A stretch of 64,000 nucleotides of DNA, taken from contig JACIXB010000016.1 in the NCBI GenBank assembly GCA_014360685.1, forward strand, positions 124,263 through 188,262, read 5' to 3'. Of the stretch, positions 11,571 to 21,294 are shown piece after piece. The stretch is from Actinomycetota bacterium. Lineage in GTDB: Bacteria > Actinomycetota > Geothermincolia > Geothermincolales > RBG-13-55-18. The notes under the pieces were generated by a model. It saw nothing but the letters and a program-made list of their open reading frames with translations, was not told where the DNA came from and did not search any database. Position 1 is the stretch's first letter, and each line of letters opens with the position of its first letter. Both the position numbers and the translations under genes were made by a program.

Positions 11571-12461
11571 ATGGAGAGCATAAACCGCCTCCGCGGGGAG
11601 AGGCAGGCGGTCATCCTGGCCCACAACTACCAGCCCCCGGAGATACAGGACCTGGCGGACTTCGTGGGTGACTCCCTCGGGCTGGCCAGGCAGGCGGCGG
11701 AGACGGAGGCCCGTACGGTGGTCTTCTGCGGCGTGCACTTCATGGCCGAGACCTCGGCCATCCTCAACCCGGACAAGGTCACCCTCCTCCCGGAGCCGGG
11801 GGCCGGTTGCCCCCTGGCGGATACCGTGACCCCGGAGGGGATCAGGACCCTGCGCAAGCTACATCCGGAGGCGGTGGTGGTCACCTACGTGAACTCCACG
11901 GCGGCGGTCAAGGCGGAGAGCGATTACTGCTGCACCTCGGGGAACGCCGTCCAGGTGGTCCGGAGCATCGAGGCCCCGGAGATAATCTTCACCCCGGACG
12001 GGAACCTGGGGAGGTACGTGCAGAAGGTCACCGGCCGCAAGCTGATCATCTGGGAGGGATGCTGTCCCATCCACGACGGGATACGCGCCGGGGACGTACG
12101 CAGGCTGAAGGAGGAGCATCCCGGAGCCCTGGTCATCGCCCATCCCGAATGCCGGCCGGAGGTCCTGGAGCTGGCGGACGAGGTGGCCAGCACCTCGGGC
12201 ATGTTCCGGGTGGTGGAGGAATCGGGCCGGGAGGAGTTCATAATCCTCACCGAGTCGGGAATGGGTTACCCCCTGTCCAAGAGGTTCCCCGGACGCCGCT
12301 TCCATTTTCCCTCCACCGAGCCCTTCTGTCCGGACATGAAGGTCATCACCCTGGAGAAGGTGGAGAGGTCCTTGAGGGAGATGGAGCCCAGGATAACGGT
12401 GCCCGAGGAGACCCGCGTCCGGGCCCTGCGGGCGGTGGAGAGGATGCTCTCGATCGGTTGA
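11571..12461 (+). CDS. nadA: quinolinate synthase
   Basis: ...AVILAHNYQPPEIQDLADFVGDSLGLA...VFCGVHFMAETSAILNP...YVNSTA.VKA..DYCCTSGNA... Confidence 0.9.
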   Translation: MESINRLRGERQAVILAHNYQPPEIQDLADFVGDSLGLARQAAETEARTVVFCGVHFMAETSAILNPDKVTLLPEPGAGCPLADTVTPEGIRTLRKLHPEAVVVTYVNSTAAVKAESDYCCTSGNAVQVVRSIEAPEIIFTPDGNLGRYVQKVTGRKLIIWEGCCPIHDGIRAGDVRRLKEEHPGALVIAHPECRPEVLELADEVASTSGMFRVVEESGREEFIILTESGMGYPLSKRFPGRRFHFPSTEPFCPDMKVITLEKVERSLREMEPRITVPEETRVRALRAVERMLSIG

Positions 12462-12489
12462 GGGCTGCCGGGCGGGAAGAAGGCGCGAA

Positions 12490-14160
12490 GTGATCCCCCG
12501 TTACCTCGTCAACTTCGAGCTGGAAGAACTTCCCACCACGGACTGCGAGTTGGTGGTGGTGGGAAGCGGCGTGGCCGGCCTTTCCACGGCGCTGCGCGCC
12601 GCCCGCCGTTTCCGGGTCGTTCTGGTGACCAAGACCACCTTGACAGCCACGGCCACCAAGTTCGCCCAGGGGGGTATAGCCTCCGCGTTGGGTGCCGACG
12701 ATTCCCCGGAGCTCCACTTCCGGGATACCGTGGAGGCGGGGAAAGGGCTGTGCGAGGAAGAGGCGGTGTGGGTCCTGGTCCGCGAGGGCCCCCGCCGCAT
12801 AACCGAGCTCATCGAGGAGGTGGGTGCCCATTTCGACGTGGTTGACGGCCACCTGGACCTCACCATGGAGGGGGGACATTCCCGCCGCCGGGTGGCCCAC
12901 GCCCAGGGAGACGCCACGGGAAGCGAGCTGGAGGCCTGCCTCATCAGACGTCTCGTGTACAACAAGCGTCTCCAGATCCTGGAAGATTACTACGCCGTGG
13001 ACGTCGTCACCCACGAGGGGCGCTGCCTGGGGATACTGGCCATGGACGCCGACACCGGCTCCCTGCATTACCTGCGCGCCCCGGCCGTGGTCCTGGCCAC
13101 GGGAGGCATGGGGCAACTTTACGCGGTGACCACCAACCCCGAGATATGCACCGGCGACGGGGTGGCCATGGCCCTGCGCGCCGGAGCCGAGGTGGCCGAC
13201 GTGGAGTTCCTCCAGTTCCACCCCACCGCCTTACACGTGCCCGAGAACCCGCGCTGGCTGATCAGCGAGGCCCTGCGTGGCGAGGGGGCGGTCCTGGTGG
13301 ACCACCGCGGGCGGCGCATCATGCGCGGCGTGCACCCCCTCGAGGACCTGGCTCCCCGGGACGTGGTGGTCAACGAGATGGTCAGGGTGATGAAGGAGCT
13401 GGACCGGGACCACCTCTTCCTGGATGCCACGCGCATCCCCGTGGAGACCCTCAAGGCGCGCTTCCCCTCCATCTACCGCCACTGCCGGGAGGCGGGCCTG
13501 GACATCACCCAGACGCCCATCCCCGTCTCCCCGGCCGCCCACTACATGAGCGGCGGAGTGGTCACCGACCTGCGGGGAAGGACGGCGATAGCCGGGCTCT
13601 ACGCCTGCGGCGAGGTGGCCTGCACCGGGGTGCACGGGGCCAACCGCCTGGCCTCCAACTCCCTCCTCGAGGGCCTGGTCTTCAGCTGGAGGATAATGGA
13701 AGACCTGGAGGAAGCCGTGGCCCGGGGAGCGGACGTACGCTCGCGGACCCCGCGCGTGAGCCACAGGACAAGGCGCCGCCACGTCCCGGTGGACGTGAGT
13801 CTGCTCCGGCGTTCCCTCCAGCAGGCCATGCAGAACGGCGTGGGCTTCCGGCGCAGCAGGGAGAGCCTGACCGAGGCGGCCAGGTTCCTGGCCAAGAACC
13901 GCCCCATCCTGGAGTCGTCCTACCTCTCCCCGGCCGGCTTCGAGGTTCAGAACATGATCCTTTTGGCCGGGCTCATGGTGCGCGCCGCCCTGCTGCGCGA
14001 GGAAAGCCGGGGATGCCATTTCCGGGTGGACTTCCCCGGGGAGGCGGAGTTCTGGAGGCGGCACATCATTTTCCGCATGGGGGAGAATGGTTTATCCTGG
14101 GAATTGAGGCCGGTGGGAGGCCTCACGGGATCCGGTTACCGTTGGTGGGAGGAGGTCTGA
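12490..14160 (+). CDS. nadB: L-aspartate oxidase
   Basis: FAD motif VVVGSGVAGLSTAL, then ...AQGGIASAL...HSRRRV.HA.GDATG...FHPTAL...ISEALRGEGAVL...NRLASNSLLEGLVF... Confidence 0.9.
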   Translation: MIPRYLVNFELEELPTTDCELVVVGSGVAGLSTALRAARRFRVVLVTKTTLTATATKFAQGGIASALGADDSPELHFRDTVEAGKGLCEEEAVWVLVREGPRRITELIEEVGAHFDVVDGHLDLTMEGGHSRRRVAHAQGDATGSELEACLIRRLVYNKRLQILEDYYAVDVVTHEGRCLGILAMDADTGSLHYLRAPAVVLATGGMGQLYAVTTNPEICTGDGVAMALRAGAEVADVEFLQFHPTALHVPENPRWLISEALRGEGAVLVDHRGRRIMRGVHPLEDLAPRDVVVNEMVRVMKELDRDHLFLDATRIPVETLKARFPSIYRHCREAGLDITQTPIPVSPAAHYMSGGVVTDLRGRTAIAGLYACGEVACTGVHGANRLASNSLLEGLVFSWRIMEDLEEAVARGADVRSRTPRVSHRTRRRHVPVDVSLLRRSLQQAMQNGVGFRRSRESLTEAARFLAKNRPILESSYLSPAGFEVQNMILLAGLMVRAALLREESRGCHFRVDFPGEAEFWRRHIIFRMGENGLSWELRPVGGLTGSGYRWWEEV

Positions 14161-14166
14161 CCCCCC

Positions 14167-15012
14167 TTGGACGAGGAGTTCAGGCGTATCTGTCTGGAGG
14201 CCGTCCGTAGGGCGCTTGACGAGGACCTGCGCAGCGAGGGGGACATCACATCCAGGGCCGTTATACCTCCGGAAATGCGCGGAAAGGGTGTGGTGGTCCT
14301 GAGGGAAGAGGGGGTGGTGGCCGGCCTTCCCCTGGCCTCCATGGCCTTCCGCCTGCTGGATCCCAGGCTGCGTTTCCAACCCCTGGTAGGCGACGGCGAC
14401 CGCCCCGCTGCACCCGCCGAGATCGCCGTGGTGGAGGGAAAAGTATCCTCCATCCTGGAGGGCGAGAGGACGGCCCTCAATTTCCTGCAGCGCCTCTCGG
14501 GGGTGGCCACCCTAACCTCGCGCTTCGTGGCCGCCGCGGCTCCCCATGGCGTGGAGATCCTGGACACCCGTAAGACCACCCCGGGGCTCCGGGCGCTGGA
14601 GAAGTACGCGGTGCGGGCGGGAGGGGGAAAGAACCATCGCTTCGGCCTCTACGACGGGGTGCTCATCAAGGACAACCACGTCGCGGCGGTGGGCGGGACC
14701 GCGGAGGCGGTGCGGCGGGCGCGGGAGGTTTTGGGACCGGAGGCGAATATCGAGGTCGAGGTGAAAGACCTGGAGGAGCTCGAGGAGGCCATCCAGGCCG
14801 GGGCCGACGTGGTCATGCTGGACAACATGGGCGTGGAGGAGGTGCGGGAGGCGGTTCGCCTGGCGCGGGGAAGGGTGAAACTGGAGGTCTCCGGGGGGAT
14901 CAACCTGGAGAACGTGGCTTCCTACGCTTCCACGGGGGTGGACTTCATCTCCGTGGGTGCCCTGACCCACAGCGCTCCCGCCCTGGACATAGCCCTGGAG
15001 CTTTGCTTGTGA
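14167..15012 (+). CDS. nadC: nicotinate-nucleotide pyrophosphorylase (carboxylating)
   Basis: ...ERTALNFLQRLSGVATLT...ILDTRKTTPGLRALEKYAVRAGGGKNHRFGLYDGVLIKDNH...MLDNM...EVSGGI... Confidence 0.9.
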   Translation: MDEEFRRICLEAVRRALDEDLRSEGDITSRAVIPPEMRGKGVVVLREEGVVAGLPLASMAFRLLDPRLRFQPLVGDGDRPAAPAEIAVVEGKVSSILEGERTALNFLQRLSGVATLTSRFVAAAAPHGVEILDTRKTTPGLRALEKYAVRAGGGKNHRFGLYDGVLIKDNHVAAVGGTAEAVRRAREVLGPEANIEVEVKDLEELEEAIQAGADVVMLDNMGVEEVREAVRLARGRVKLEVSGGINLENVASYASTGVDFISVGALTHSAPALDIALELCL

Positions 15013-15125
15013 CCGGGAAGGCGGGACGGCGGGAGGACGACCGCCGGTTCCGGCCGCGGAGCGGTTACGGAAGGCGTTTGAGGGAGGCCAACGAAGGATC
15101 GGCGGTTGCGGAAAGGGAGGTCGTC

Positions 15126-15905
15126 ATGCTGCTGGCCATCGACGTGGGCAACACCCAGACGGTGATCGGAGCCTACCGCGGCGAGGAACTGGTGGGCCAC
15201 TGGAGGATCTCCACGGACGCCAATAAGACCGGTGACGAGCTGGCCCTCTACTACCAGGGGTTCCTGGGGTTGAAGGGCTTGAGCTTCAAGGACTTCGACG
15301 CGGTGATCATCTCCTCCGTGGTTCCCTCGGCCACCATGGCCCTGGAGCACATGACCAGGGAATACTGGGAGTTCGAGCCCCTGATCGTGGGCCACAACCT
15401 GGACGCGGGCATCCGCATCCTGGTGGACAACCCCCGGGAGGTGGGACCGGACCGGCTGGTGAACGCCGTGGCCGCCTTCCGCCGCTACGGCGGCCCATGC
15501 ATCGTGGTGGATTTCGGCACCGCCACCACCCTGGACGTGGTCTCCTCCCGGGGCGAATACCTGGGCGGGGCCATCGCCCCGGGGATCGAGATATCATCCA
15601 AGGCCCTCTTCAAGGCCGCGGCGCGCCTCACCAAGGTTGAGCTGCAACGCCCTCCCTCGGTCATCGGCAAAAACACCACCTGGTCCCTGCAATCGGGGAT
15701 CGTCTTCGGGTTCGCCGGGCAGGTGGACCGCCTGGTGGAACTGATGCTCGCCGAGCTGGGCGAGAAGGCTACGGTGATAGCCACCGGGGGCTTGGCCGAG
15801 GTGGTGGTCTCCGAGTGCCGCACCGTGCACCACCACGATCCCCTGCTCACCCTTTACGGTCTCTTGCTCATCTACCAGGAGGCCACGCGCCGGCTTCCCG
15901 CCTGA
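15126..15905 (+). CDS. coaX: type III pantothenate kinase
   Basis: MLLAIDVGNTQTVIG...DRLVNAVAA...IVVDFGTATTLDVV...GGAIAPG... ATG 15126 fits the family N-terminus. The ORF-track start at 15003 overlaps nadC with an Arg-rich extension. Confidence 0.9.
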   Translation: MLLAIDVGNTQTVIGAYRGEELVGHWRISTDANKTGDELALYYQGFLGLKGLSFKDFDAVIISSVVPSATMALEHMTREYWEFEPLIVGHNLDAGIRILVDNPREVGPDRLVNAVAAFRRYGGPCIVVDFGTATTLDVVSSRGEYLGGAIAPGIEISSKALFKAAARLTKVELQRPPSVIGKNTTWSLQSGIVFGFAGQVDRLVELMLAELGEKATVIATGGLAEVVVSECRTVHHHDPLLTLYGLLLIYQEATRRLPA

Positions 15906-15952
15906 GGGTCGGCCCGAGGGGTGGGAAGGAGGGCCCGTGCACCACACGTCCT

Positions 15953-16154
15953 GGGCGAGGGACGGTGCATGCCCGGCGCCTTTACCACCTGCGTTTTATT
16001 GACACCCCCAGGGGCTGAACCCTTAACCTCCCCGGGAAGCGGCGAGGCTTTCTCTTCCCCGGGGAGGTGTGGTCCGCGGGAGCGGGCTCGCGGGCGAGGG
16101 GCGGTTCACGCCCGGTGCCTTTACCACCTATGTTTTATTGACACCCTCAGAGGC
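15953..16154 (+). repeat. imperfect direct repeat of about 63 bp, two copies 139 bp apart, each containing TTTTATTGACACCC
   Basis: Copy 1 is 15953-16015 and copy 2 is 16092-16154, with about 8 mismatches. It is visible in translation as VHARRLYHLRFIDTPRG / VHARCLYHLCFIDTLRG. Confidence 0.7.
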
Positions 16155-16166
16155 GGAATATATTAT
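16138..16166 (+). promoter_or_regulatory. candidate sigma70-type promoter TTGACA-17 nt-TATTAT for the V-ATPase operon
   Basis: -35 at 16138-16143, exact 17-nt spacer, -10 at 16161-16166, about 100 nt upstream of the first operon gene. Confidence 0.55.
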
Positions 16167-16271
16167 GTTACGGGAGTTGAGAAGAGATGCCGACAGGCGT
16201 GAATGCCGAACATCGCCCTATAGGGTTCCGACGGACGGCCGGCCAGGTTCGAAGCAAGAGGTCGAAACACC

Positions 16272-16691
16272 ATGGCAGGAGCTAAGCACAAGGCGAGGGA
16301 GAAGGCCCGCGGAGGGAAGAGGAAGCACAGGCAGATAGCCGAGCAGCTGGAGGAGAAGTTCGTCGGATCCCGAACCGAGGTATTCAGCCGCATATCCGCC
16401 AAGGAAGCGGAAATCCGCGCCAAGGTAAACGCCGAGAGGGCCAGGGCGGAACGCCTCATAGAGGACGCCAAGGGAGAGGCGGCGGCCATCAAGCGCAAGG
16501 CCACCCTGGAGGAGCTCGGCCAGGACACCTACCGGAAGATCATCGCCGCTGCCCAGGAAGAGGTCAGGGCCATCGAGGAATCCACCGCCCGGGAAATCTC
16601 CGCCGTGGAAAGGCGGGGGGAGGAAAACCTCTCCCGGGCGGTGGAGTTCATCGTGGAGGCGGTGATTTCGCCGCAGACTCCCGGGTCGTAG
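16272..16691 (+). CDS. V/A-type ATPase peripheral-stalk subunit G/H-like coiled-coil protein
   Basis: 139 aa. The Ala/Glu/Arg/Lys-rich coiled-coil text (AEIRAKVNAERARAERLIEDAKGEAAAIKRKA...) and first position in the operon match Thermus and Enterococcus V-type operons. The assignment rests on position and composition. Confidence 0.55.
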   Translation: MAGAKHKAREKARGGKRKHRQIAEQLEEKFVGSRTEVFSRISAKEAEIRAKVNAERARAERLIEDAKGEAAAIKRKATLEELGQDTYRKIIAAAQEEVRAIEESTAREISAVERRGEENLSRAVEFIVEAVISPQTPGS

Positions 16692-16795
16692 CAGGTTCGG
16701 AGCCTGGAGAAGAACGTAGAAACGGATGTCGTAGAATCGAAGGAGTTAGCCGGCAGGACGGAACCCAATCTCATCCGAAGTAGGGGGAGACGGAA

Positions 16796-18814
16796 ATGCT
16801 CTTGACCATGTCCAAAGTGGAGATCGTGGGACTCAAGTCCCTTTTCTTCCAGGTGCTGGAGACCCTTCAGGACCTGGGCACCCTTCACCTGGAGGATATA
16901 ACCAAGAAGAAGGGACCCCGTTACGCGGATCTCCTGCCCATGGAGATGGATCCCGCCCTGGAGGAAGAACGCAACCTCCTTCAGAACCTGGCCATGCGCA
17001 ACAACGCCATCCTCTCCGAGCTGGCTCCCCCGGAGAGGAGGATCACCCGCGCGGAGATCGAGGAGAAGTACAAGACCTTCCAGGACAAAACGTTGGCCGA
17101 GATATCCTCCATGGTGGAGGAGGAGGAAAAGGCCACCCGCGAGCTCATCAACTACAAGCACGAGCTCGAGGTGGAGCTATCCCGTCTCTCCAAGTACGAG
17201 CCCATCATCAAGAAGGTCTATCCTCTGGCCAGCAAGGTGACCGCCACCGAGAACTACACCTCGGTGGCCCTGCTGGTGGAGGAGAGGTACAAGCAGGTCC
17301 TCGACTACATCGAGAAGGAACTGGAAAAAATAACCAATAAGCAGTGCGAGGTATTCTCGGCCCGGGTGGACGAGAACACCCACGCCGCCATCCTGGTGTT
17401 CCACAAGCGCTACTCGGAGCAGGTACACAACTTCCTGGCCACCGAGAACGTCAACCAGGTGCGCCTGCCCAGCGAACTCTCCGACAAGCCTTACGACGAG
17501 GCCCTCAAGGAGATCGAGACCCGCCTGAACGAGATACCTCCCAAGCTGAAAAAGGTACGCGAGGACCTGGGCAAGATCTCCGAGGACTGGTACGTGACCC
17601 TGGTGGCCCTCAAGGAATACCTGGCCGACCGCATCGAGTCCCTCAACGCCATCCCCAAGTTCGGCCAGAGCGGTCACGTCTTCGTCATCACCGGCTGGAT
17701 GCCCTCGGACAAGGTGGAGGAGGCCCGGCGGGTGCTGGAGCAGAAGTTCGAGGGCAAGGTGGAGCTCACCGAGGAGATCCCCACCCACGAGGAGCTGGAG
17801 GAGGCGCCCACGGCCCTCAAGAACCCGGCCGCGGTGCGCCCCTTCGAGTTCATCTACATGCTCATCAATCCCCCCAAGTACGGTTACATCGACCCCACCT
17901 TCCTGGTGGCCATCTTCTTCCCCCTACTCTACGGCTTCATGTTGGGGGACATGGGATACGGGCTGGTGCTCCTGGGCGTGGTCTTCCTCATGAAGCGCTT
18001 ACTCAAAAAGCGCGGGTCACGGAGCCTGTTCTTCGAGCTCTTCGCCAACGTGCTCCTGATCTGTGCCATATCCACCATCGTGTTCGGGCTGCTGTACTTC
18101 GAGTTCTTCGGTGACGTGCTCATCCGGCTTTTGGGCTGGAAAGACGCCGCCGGCCACATGGTGGTCAAGTGGGTATGGGGCTATACCTCCAGCGGCAAGC
18201 CCTGGGGATGGCCCCTGGAGCGCATCGCCCAGGCCAACCCGGATCTTTTCAAGCTCCTCCTCATCGTGGTGATCCTTATCGGCGTCCTGCACATGGGGAG
18301 CGCACTGGTCATCGGGCTGATCGACGGCATCCGCCACCGCGACCGCAAGCACGCCCTGGAGAAGCTGGGCTACCTGCTTTTCCTCCTGGGGCTGGTGGCC
18401 ATCTTCGGCGGCGTGTGGGGGATCAAGAGCATCAAGTCGGTGACCATGCCCGTGGGGGCGATCATGGCCGTGGCGGGTATCGGGCTGGCCGGTTACGGGG
18501 GCGGTTTCGGCGGCGGGCTGGAAGCCGCCCTCACCTTCGGGAACCTGCTCTCCTACGCCCGACTCTACGGCATCGGCCTGGCCTCGGTCATCCTGGCCGA
18601 GGTGGCCAACGAGCTGGGGGCGGAGTTCGGCGGGGGCGCCATGGTCTTCCTGGGGGTGATCGTGGCCGCGCTGCTCCATGCCCTGAACATCGCCCTGGGG
18701 GTGCTGAGCCCCTCCATCCAGTCCCTTCGTCTCAACTTGGTGGAGAGCTTCACCAAGTTTTACAAGGAGACAGATGTAGTCTACAAGCCCTTCAAACGCT
18801 CAGGAGGTGAATAG
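16796..18814 (+). CDS. ntpI: V/A-type ATPase subunit I (membrane a-subunit)
   Basis: 672 aa. N-terminal soluble half (MSKVEIVGLKS...) and a C-terminal multi-TM half with the conserved ...LSYARLYGIGLAS... and ...LRLNLVE arginine region. Confidence 0.9.
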   Translation: MLLTMSKVEIVGLKSLFFQVLETLQDLGTLHLEDITKKKGPRYADLLPMEMDPALEEERNLLQNLAMRNNAILSELAPPERRITRAEIEEKYKTFQDKTLAEISSMVEEEEKATRELINYKHELEVELSRLSKYEPIIKKVYPLASKVTATENYTSVALLVEERYKQVLDYIEKELEKITNKQCEVFSARVDENTHAAILVFHKRYSEQVHNFLATENVNQVRLPSELSDKPYDEALKEIETRLNEIPPKLKKVREDLGKISEDWYVTLVALKEYLADRIESLNAIPKFGQSGHVFVITGWMPSDKVEEARRVLEQKFEGKVELTEEIPTHEELEEAPTALKNPAAVRPFEFIYMLINPPKYGYIDPTFLVAIFFPLLYGFMLGDMGYGLVLLGVVFLMKRLLKKRGSRSLFFELFANVLLICAISTIVFGLLYFEFFGDVLIRLLGWKDAAGHMVVKWVWGYTSSGKPWGWPLERIAQANPDLFKLLLIVVILIGVLHMGSALVIGLIDGIRHRDRKHALEKLGYLLFLLGLVAIFGGVWGIKSIKSVTMPVGAIMAVAGIGLAGYGGGFGGGLEAALTFGNLLSYARLYGIGLASVILAEVANELGAEFGGGAMVFLGVIVAALLHALNIALGVLSPSIQSLRLNLVESFTKFYKETDVVYKPFKRSGGE

Positions 18815-19037
18815 TTTGGAACTCGGACTCATCGCCATCGGGGCAGCTTTGGCCATCGGACTGTCCGCCCTGGCCACCGGTTGGTCCCAGTCCAAGATCG
18901 GAGCGGCCATGGCGGGAGCCCTCGCCGAGAAGCCGGAGCTCGCGGGTAACGCCATCATCATGATCGCCATCCCCGAGACCATGGTGGTCCTGGGGTTCGT
19001 CATCGGCTTCCTGATCACGGGTTTGAAACCCGAATAA
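18807..19037 (+). CDS. ntpK: V/A-type ATPase proteolipid subunit K (single two-helix hairpin)
   Basis: 76 aa with GLSALATGWSQSKIGAAMAGALAEKPE...IAIPETMVVLGFVIGFLI. AGGAGG lies 8 nt before the TTG start. It overlaps the subunit I stop. Confidence 0.9.
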   Translation: MNSLELGLIAIGAALAIGLSALATGWSQSKIGAAMAGALAEKPELAGNAIIMIAIPETMVVLGFVIGFLITGLKPE

Positions 19038-19093
19038 GGCGGGACCCTTCCCCGTGAAGGCCCCGCGAATTCACCGGGACGGGAAGTGAGGAC

Positions 19094-19702
19094 ATGTCCG
19101 TAGAAGACATCCTGCAGGCGCTGGACGAGGAGTGCCGCGCGGAATGCCAGGAGATCTTCAGGCGCGCCGAGCAGGAGGCCAAGCAGATACTGGATAAGGC
19201 TAGGGAGGAGGCGGAGGCCATACGCCGGTCCCGCCTGGACAGGATAAGGGCGGAGGCGGATAGCGAGGCCACCTCCATCCTCTATTCCGCGCGGTTGCGG
19301 GCCAAGAACTCCATCATCCAGGCAGAGGAGAGGATGGTGGAAAAAGCCCTGTCCGAGGCGGTAGCGGCCATGGAGGACCTGCGATCTCGGGTCGACTATC
19401 CCGACATCCTGGCCGGGCTGATCGAGGAGGGCATCTCCCGGGTGGGGGGCAAGGTGGTGGTCCACGTGGATCCCGCGGACCGCGAACGGGCCGAGGACAT
19501 CCTCCGCCGCCGGGGGGTGGAATTCGAGGTCCGGACGGACATAGAGACCCGGGGAGGGGCGGTGATCTCCGACCCCGAGGAGAGGGTGCGCATCATAAAC
19601 ACCGTGGAGGAGAGGTTGAACCGGGCGCGGGAGAAGTTGCGCCTGCAGGTTTCCGCCCTCCTCTTCGGCGAGGAGGTGGAGGCCGCCGGAGGAGGGGGAT
19701 AG
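19094..19702 (+). CDS. V/A-type ATPase subunit E
   Basis: 202 aa. An N-terminal long helix (ILQALDEECRAECQEIFRRAEQEAKQILDKAREEAEAIRR...) and a C-terminal globular part, in the operon position after K. Confidence 0.8.
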   Translation: MSVEDILQALDEECRAECQEIFRRAEQEAKQILDKAREEAEAIRRSRLDRIRAEADSEATSILYSARLRAKNSIIQAEERMVEKALSEAVAAMEDLRSRVDYPDILAGLIEEGISRVGGKVVVHVDPADRERAEDILRRRGVEFEVRTDIETRGGAVISDPEERVRIINTVEERLNRAREKLRLQVSALLFGEEVEAAGGGG

Positions 19703-19737
19703 ACCCCCTCTTTCCATCTAGAGAGGGCGGAGAGAGT

Positions 19738-20859
19738 TTGCCCATGGTTCAAGTTCCCATAAAGGATTACAGCTATGCCAACGCCCGGGTACGGGCCATG
19801 ACCTCGCGCCTGCTGGCGCCGTCCGTGTTCCGGGAGCTCCTGGCGGCCCCGGATTATAACCGGGCCCTGGGGGTCCTGGAGGAGACGGAGTACCAGGAGG
19901 ACCTGGAGCATTTCATGCTCGAGGGCGCCAGGCCCACCATAGTGGACCGGGCCTTCAACCGCAACCTGGTGCGGAACTTCGGGAAGATCAAGGAATTCTT
20001 CACCGGAAAGCCCCTGAAGCTGGTCAACCTGCTCCTCTCCCGCTGGGACTTATACAACCTGAAGACCATATTGCGGGGCCTGCGGGCCCTGGTCCCCAAG
20101 CAGGAGATCCAGCGTATCCTGGTGCCCGTGGGTTTTTTGGACGAGGCCGTCCTGCAGGAGATCATCAATCAGCCGGACCTGAGGGCCGCCCTGGACGCGG
20201 TGGTGGTCTTCGGCATGGAGTGGCCCATCCGCTACGGGAGGGCGATCAGCGAGCACCTGGTGGAATACCTCCGGGAGCACGACCTCTCCGTGTTGGAGCT
20301 GGCCCTGGACAGGTTCCATTACCGGCAGGTGGCCGGGGAGCTCCGGAACAGGGACCCCGATACCTCCCTGGTGCGGGAAGTGGTCAGGCTGGAGGTTGAC
20401 GCCGTCAACCTGGTCACCTTGATGCGCATCTGCGGGATGGAACTGGAGGCCTCCCGGGCGGATGACTTTTTCGTCCCCGGGGGGAGCCTGGAGGATCCCG
20501 ACGAGTTCGCCCGCCTGATGTCCTTGAGCCGGCCGGAAAACGTCTACCAGGCCCTTTTGCGGCGCTTTCCGGAGTACCGGGGACCCCTCCAGGCGGCCTG
20601 GAAGAATTTCGACGAGAGGGGGGAGGCGGCCTTCGAGGACGAGCTGCAGAAGAACCTCATCCGCAGGTGCCTGAGCATGTCCAGGGACCCCCTGGGGATC
20701 GGGGTGATAATCAATTACATGTGGAGGAAATATCTGGAAATCACCAACCTGCGCATCATCATGCGGGGAAAGAGCATCGGGCTTATCGAGTCCCAGATCC
20801 GCAAGGAGCTCTTCCTTTGGGAGGAGGAGACGGCCCGCGAGGGCGCGGCGAGGGGGTGA
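19738..20859 (+). CDS. V/A-type ATPase subunit C (eukaryotic d homologue)
   Basis: 373 aa all-helical protein starting ...DYSYANARVRAM.SRLL..., characteristic of the subunit C/d family, in the matching operon position. Confidence 0.8.
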   Translation: MPMVQVPIKDYSYANARVRAMTSRLLAPSVFRELLAAPDYNRALGVLEETEYQEDLEHFMLEGARPTIVDRAFNRNLVRNFGKIKEFFTGKPLKLVNLLLSRWDLYNLKTILRGLRALVPKQEIQRILVPVGFLDEAVLQEIINQPDLRAALDAVVVFGMEWPIRYGRAISEHLVEYLREHDLSVLELALDRFHYRQVAGELRNRDPDTSLVREVVRLEVDAVNLVTLMRICGMELEASRADDFFVPGGSLEDPDEFARLMSLSRPENVYQALLRRFPEYRGPLQAAWKNFDERGEAAFEDELQKNLIRRCLSMSRDPLGIGVIINYMWRKYLEITNLRIIMRGKSIGLIESQIRKELFLWEEETAREGAARG

Positions 20860-20865
20860 CGGAGG

Positions 20866-21207
20866 TTGTACAAGGCCATCGTGATCACCGACCCGGAGAC
20901 CGCCGACGGGTTCCGCCTGGCGGGGGTCAGCGTTATCGAGGTGGAGAACGCCGACGAGGCTCGGGAGAAGATAAAGGCCCTCCTGGACGACCCCGACGCC
21001 GGCATCCTGGCGGTGAACGAGAGTTTCTACAACGCCATCGACGAGAAGACCCAGGAAAAGATAGACAGGATATACCGGCCCATCGTCATCCCCCTGCCCA
21101 TCAAGGAGACGGTGGAGATGGCCGGGGAGAGGAGAGCCTACCTGGCCCGGCTCATCCACCGTGCCATCGGCTTCGACATCACCCTGAGAGCCCGGGAGGG
21201 AGAGTGA
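20866..21207 (+). CDS. V/A-type ATPase subunit F
   Basis: 113 aa with KAIVITDPETADGFRLAGV...ILAVNESFYNAI..., the subunit F fold. Confidence 0.85.
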   Translation: MYKAIVITDPETADGFRLAGVSVIEVENADEAREKIKALLDDPDAGILAVNESFYNAIDEKTQEKIDRIYRPIVIPLPIKETVEMAGERRAYLARLIHRAIGFDITLRAREGE

Positions 21208-21294
21208 CGCCCGCCTTGAAGGCGGCTGGCCGGTGGCCCAGAATTAGATTGAAGACCAGCAGCGGGAGAACTTGAGAACGGGGAGTGTAGGCAT

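Noticed and set aside
18807-19037. The Q...PET pattern in the proteolipid (GWSQSKIGAA / AIPETMVVLGF) as evidence for Na+ coupling of the V-ATPase.
   Set aside because: As far as I recall, the H+-coupled Thermus proteolipid has the same Gln and PET features. The motif is therefore not diagnostic, and ion specificity cannot be called from this.
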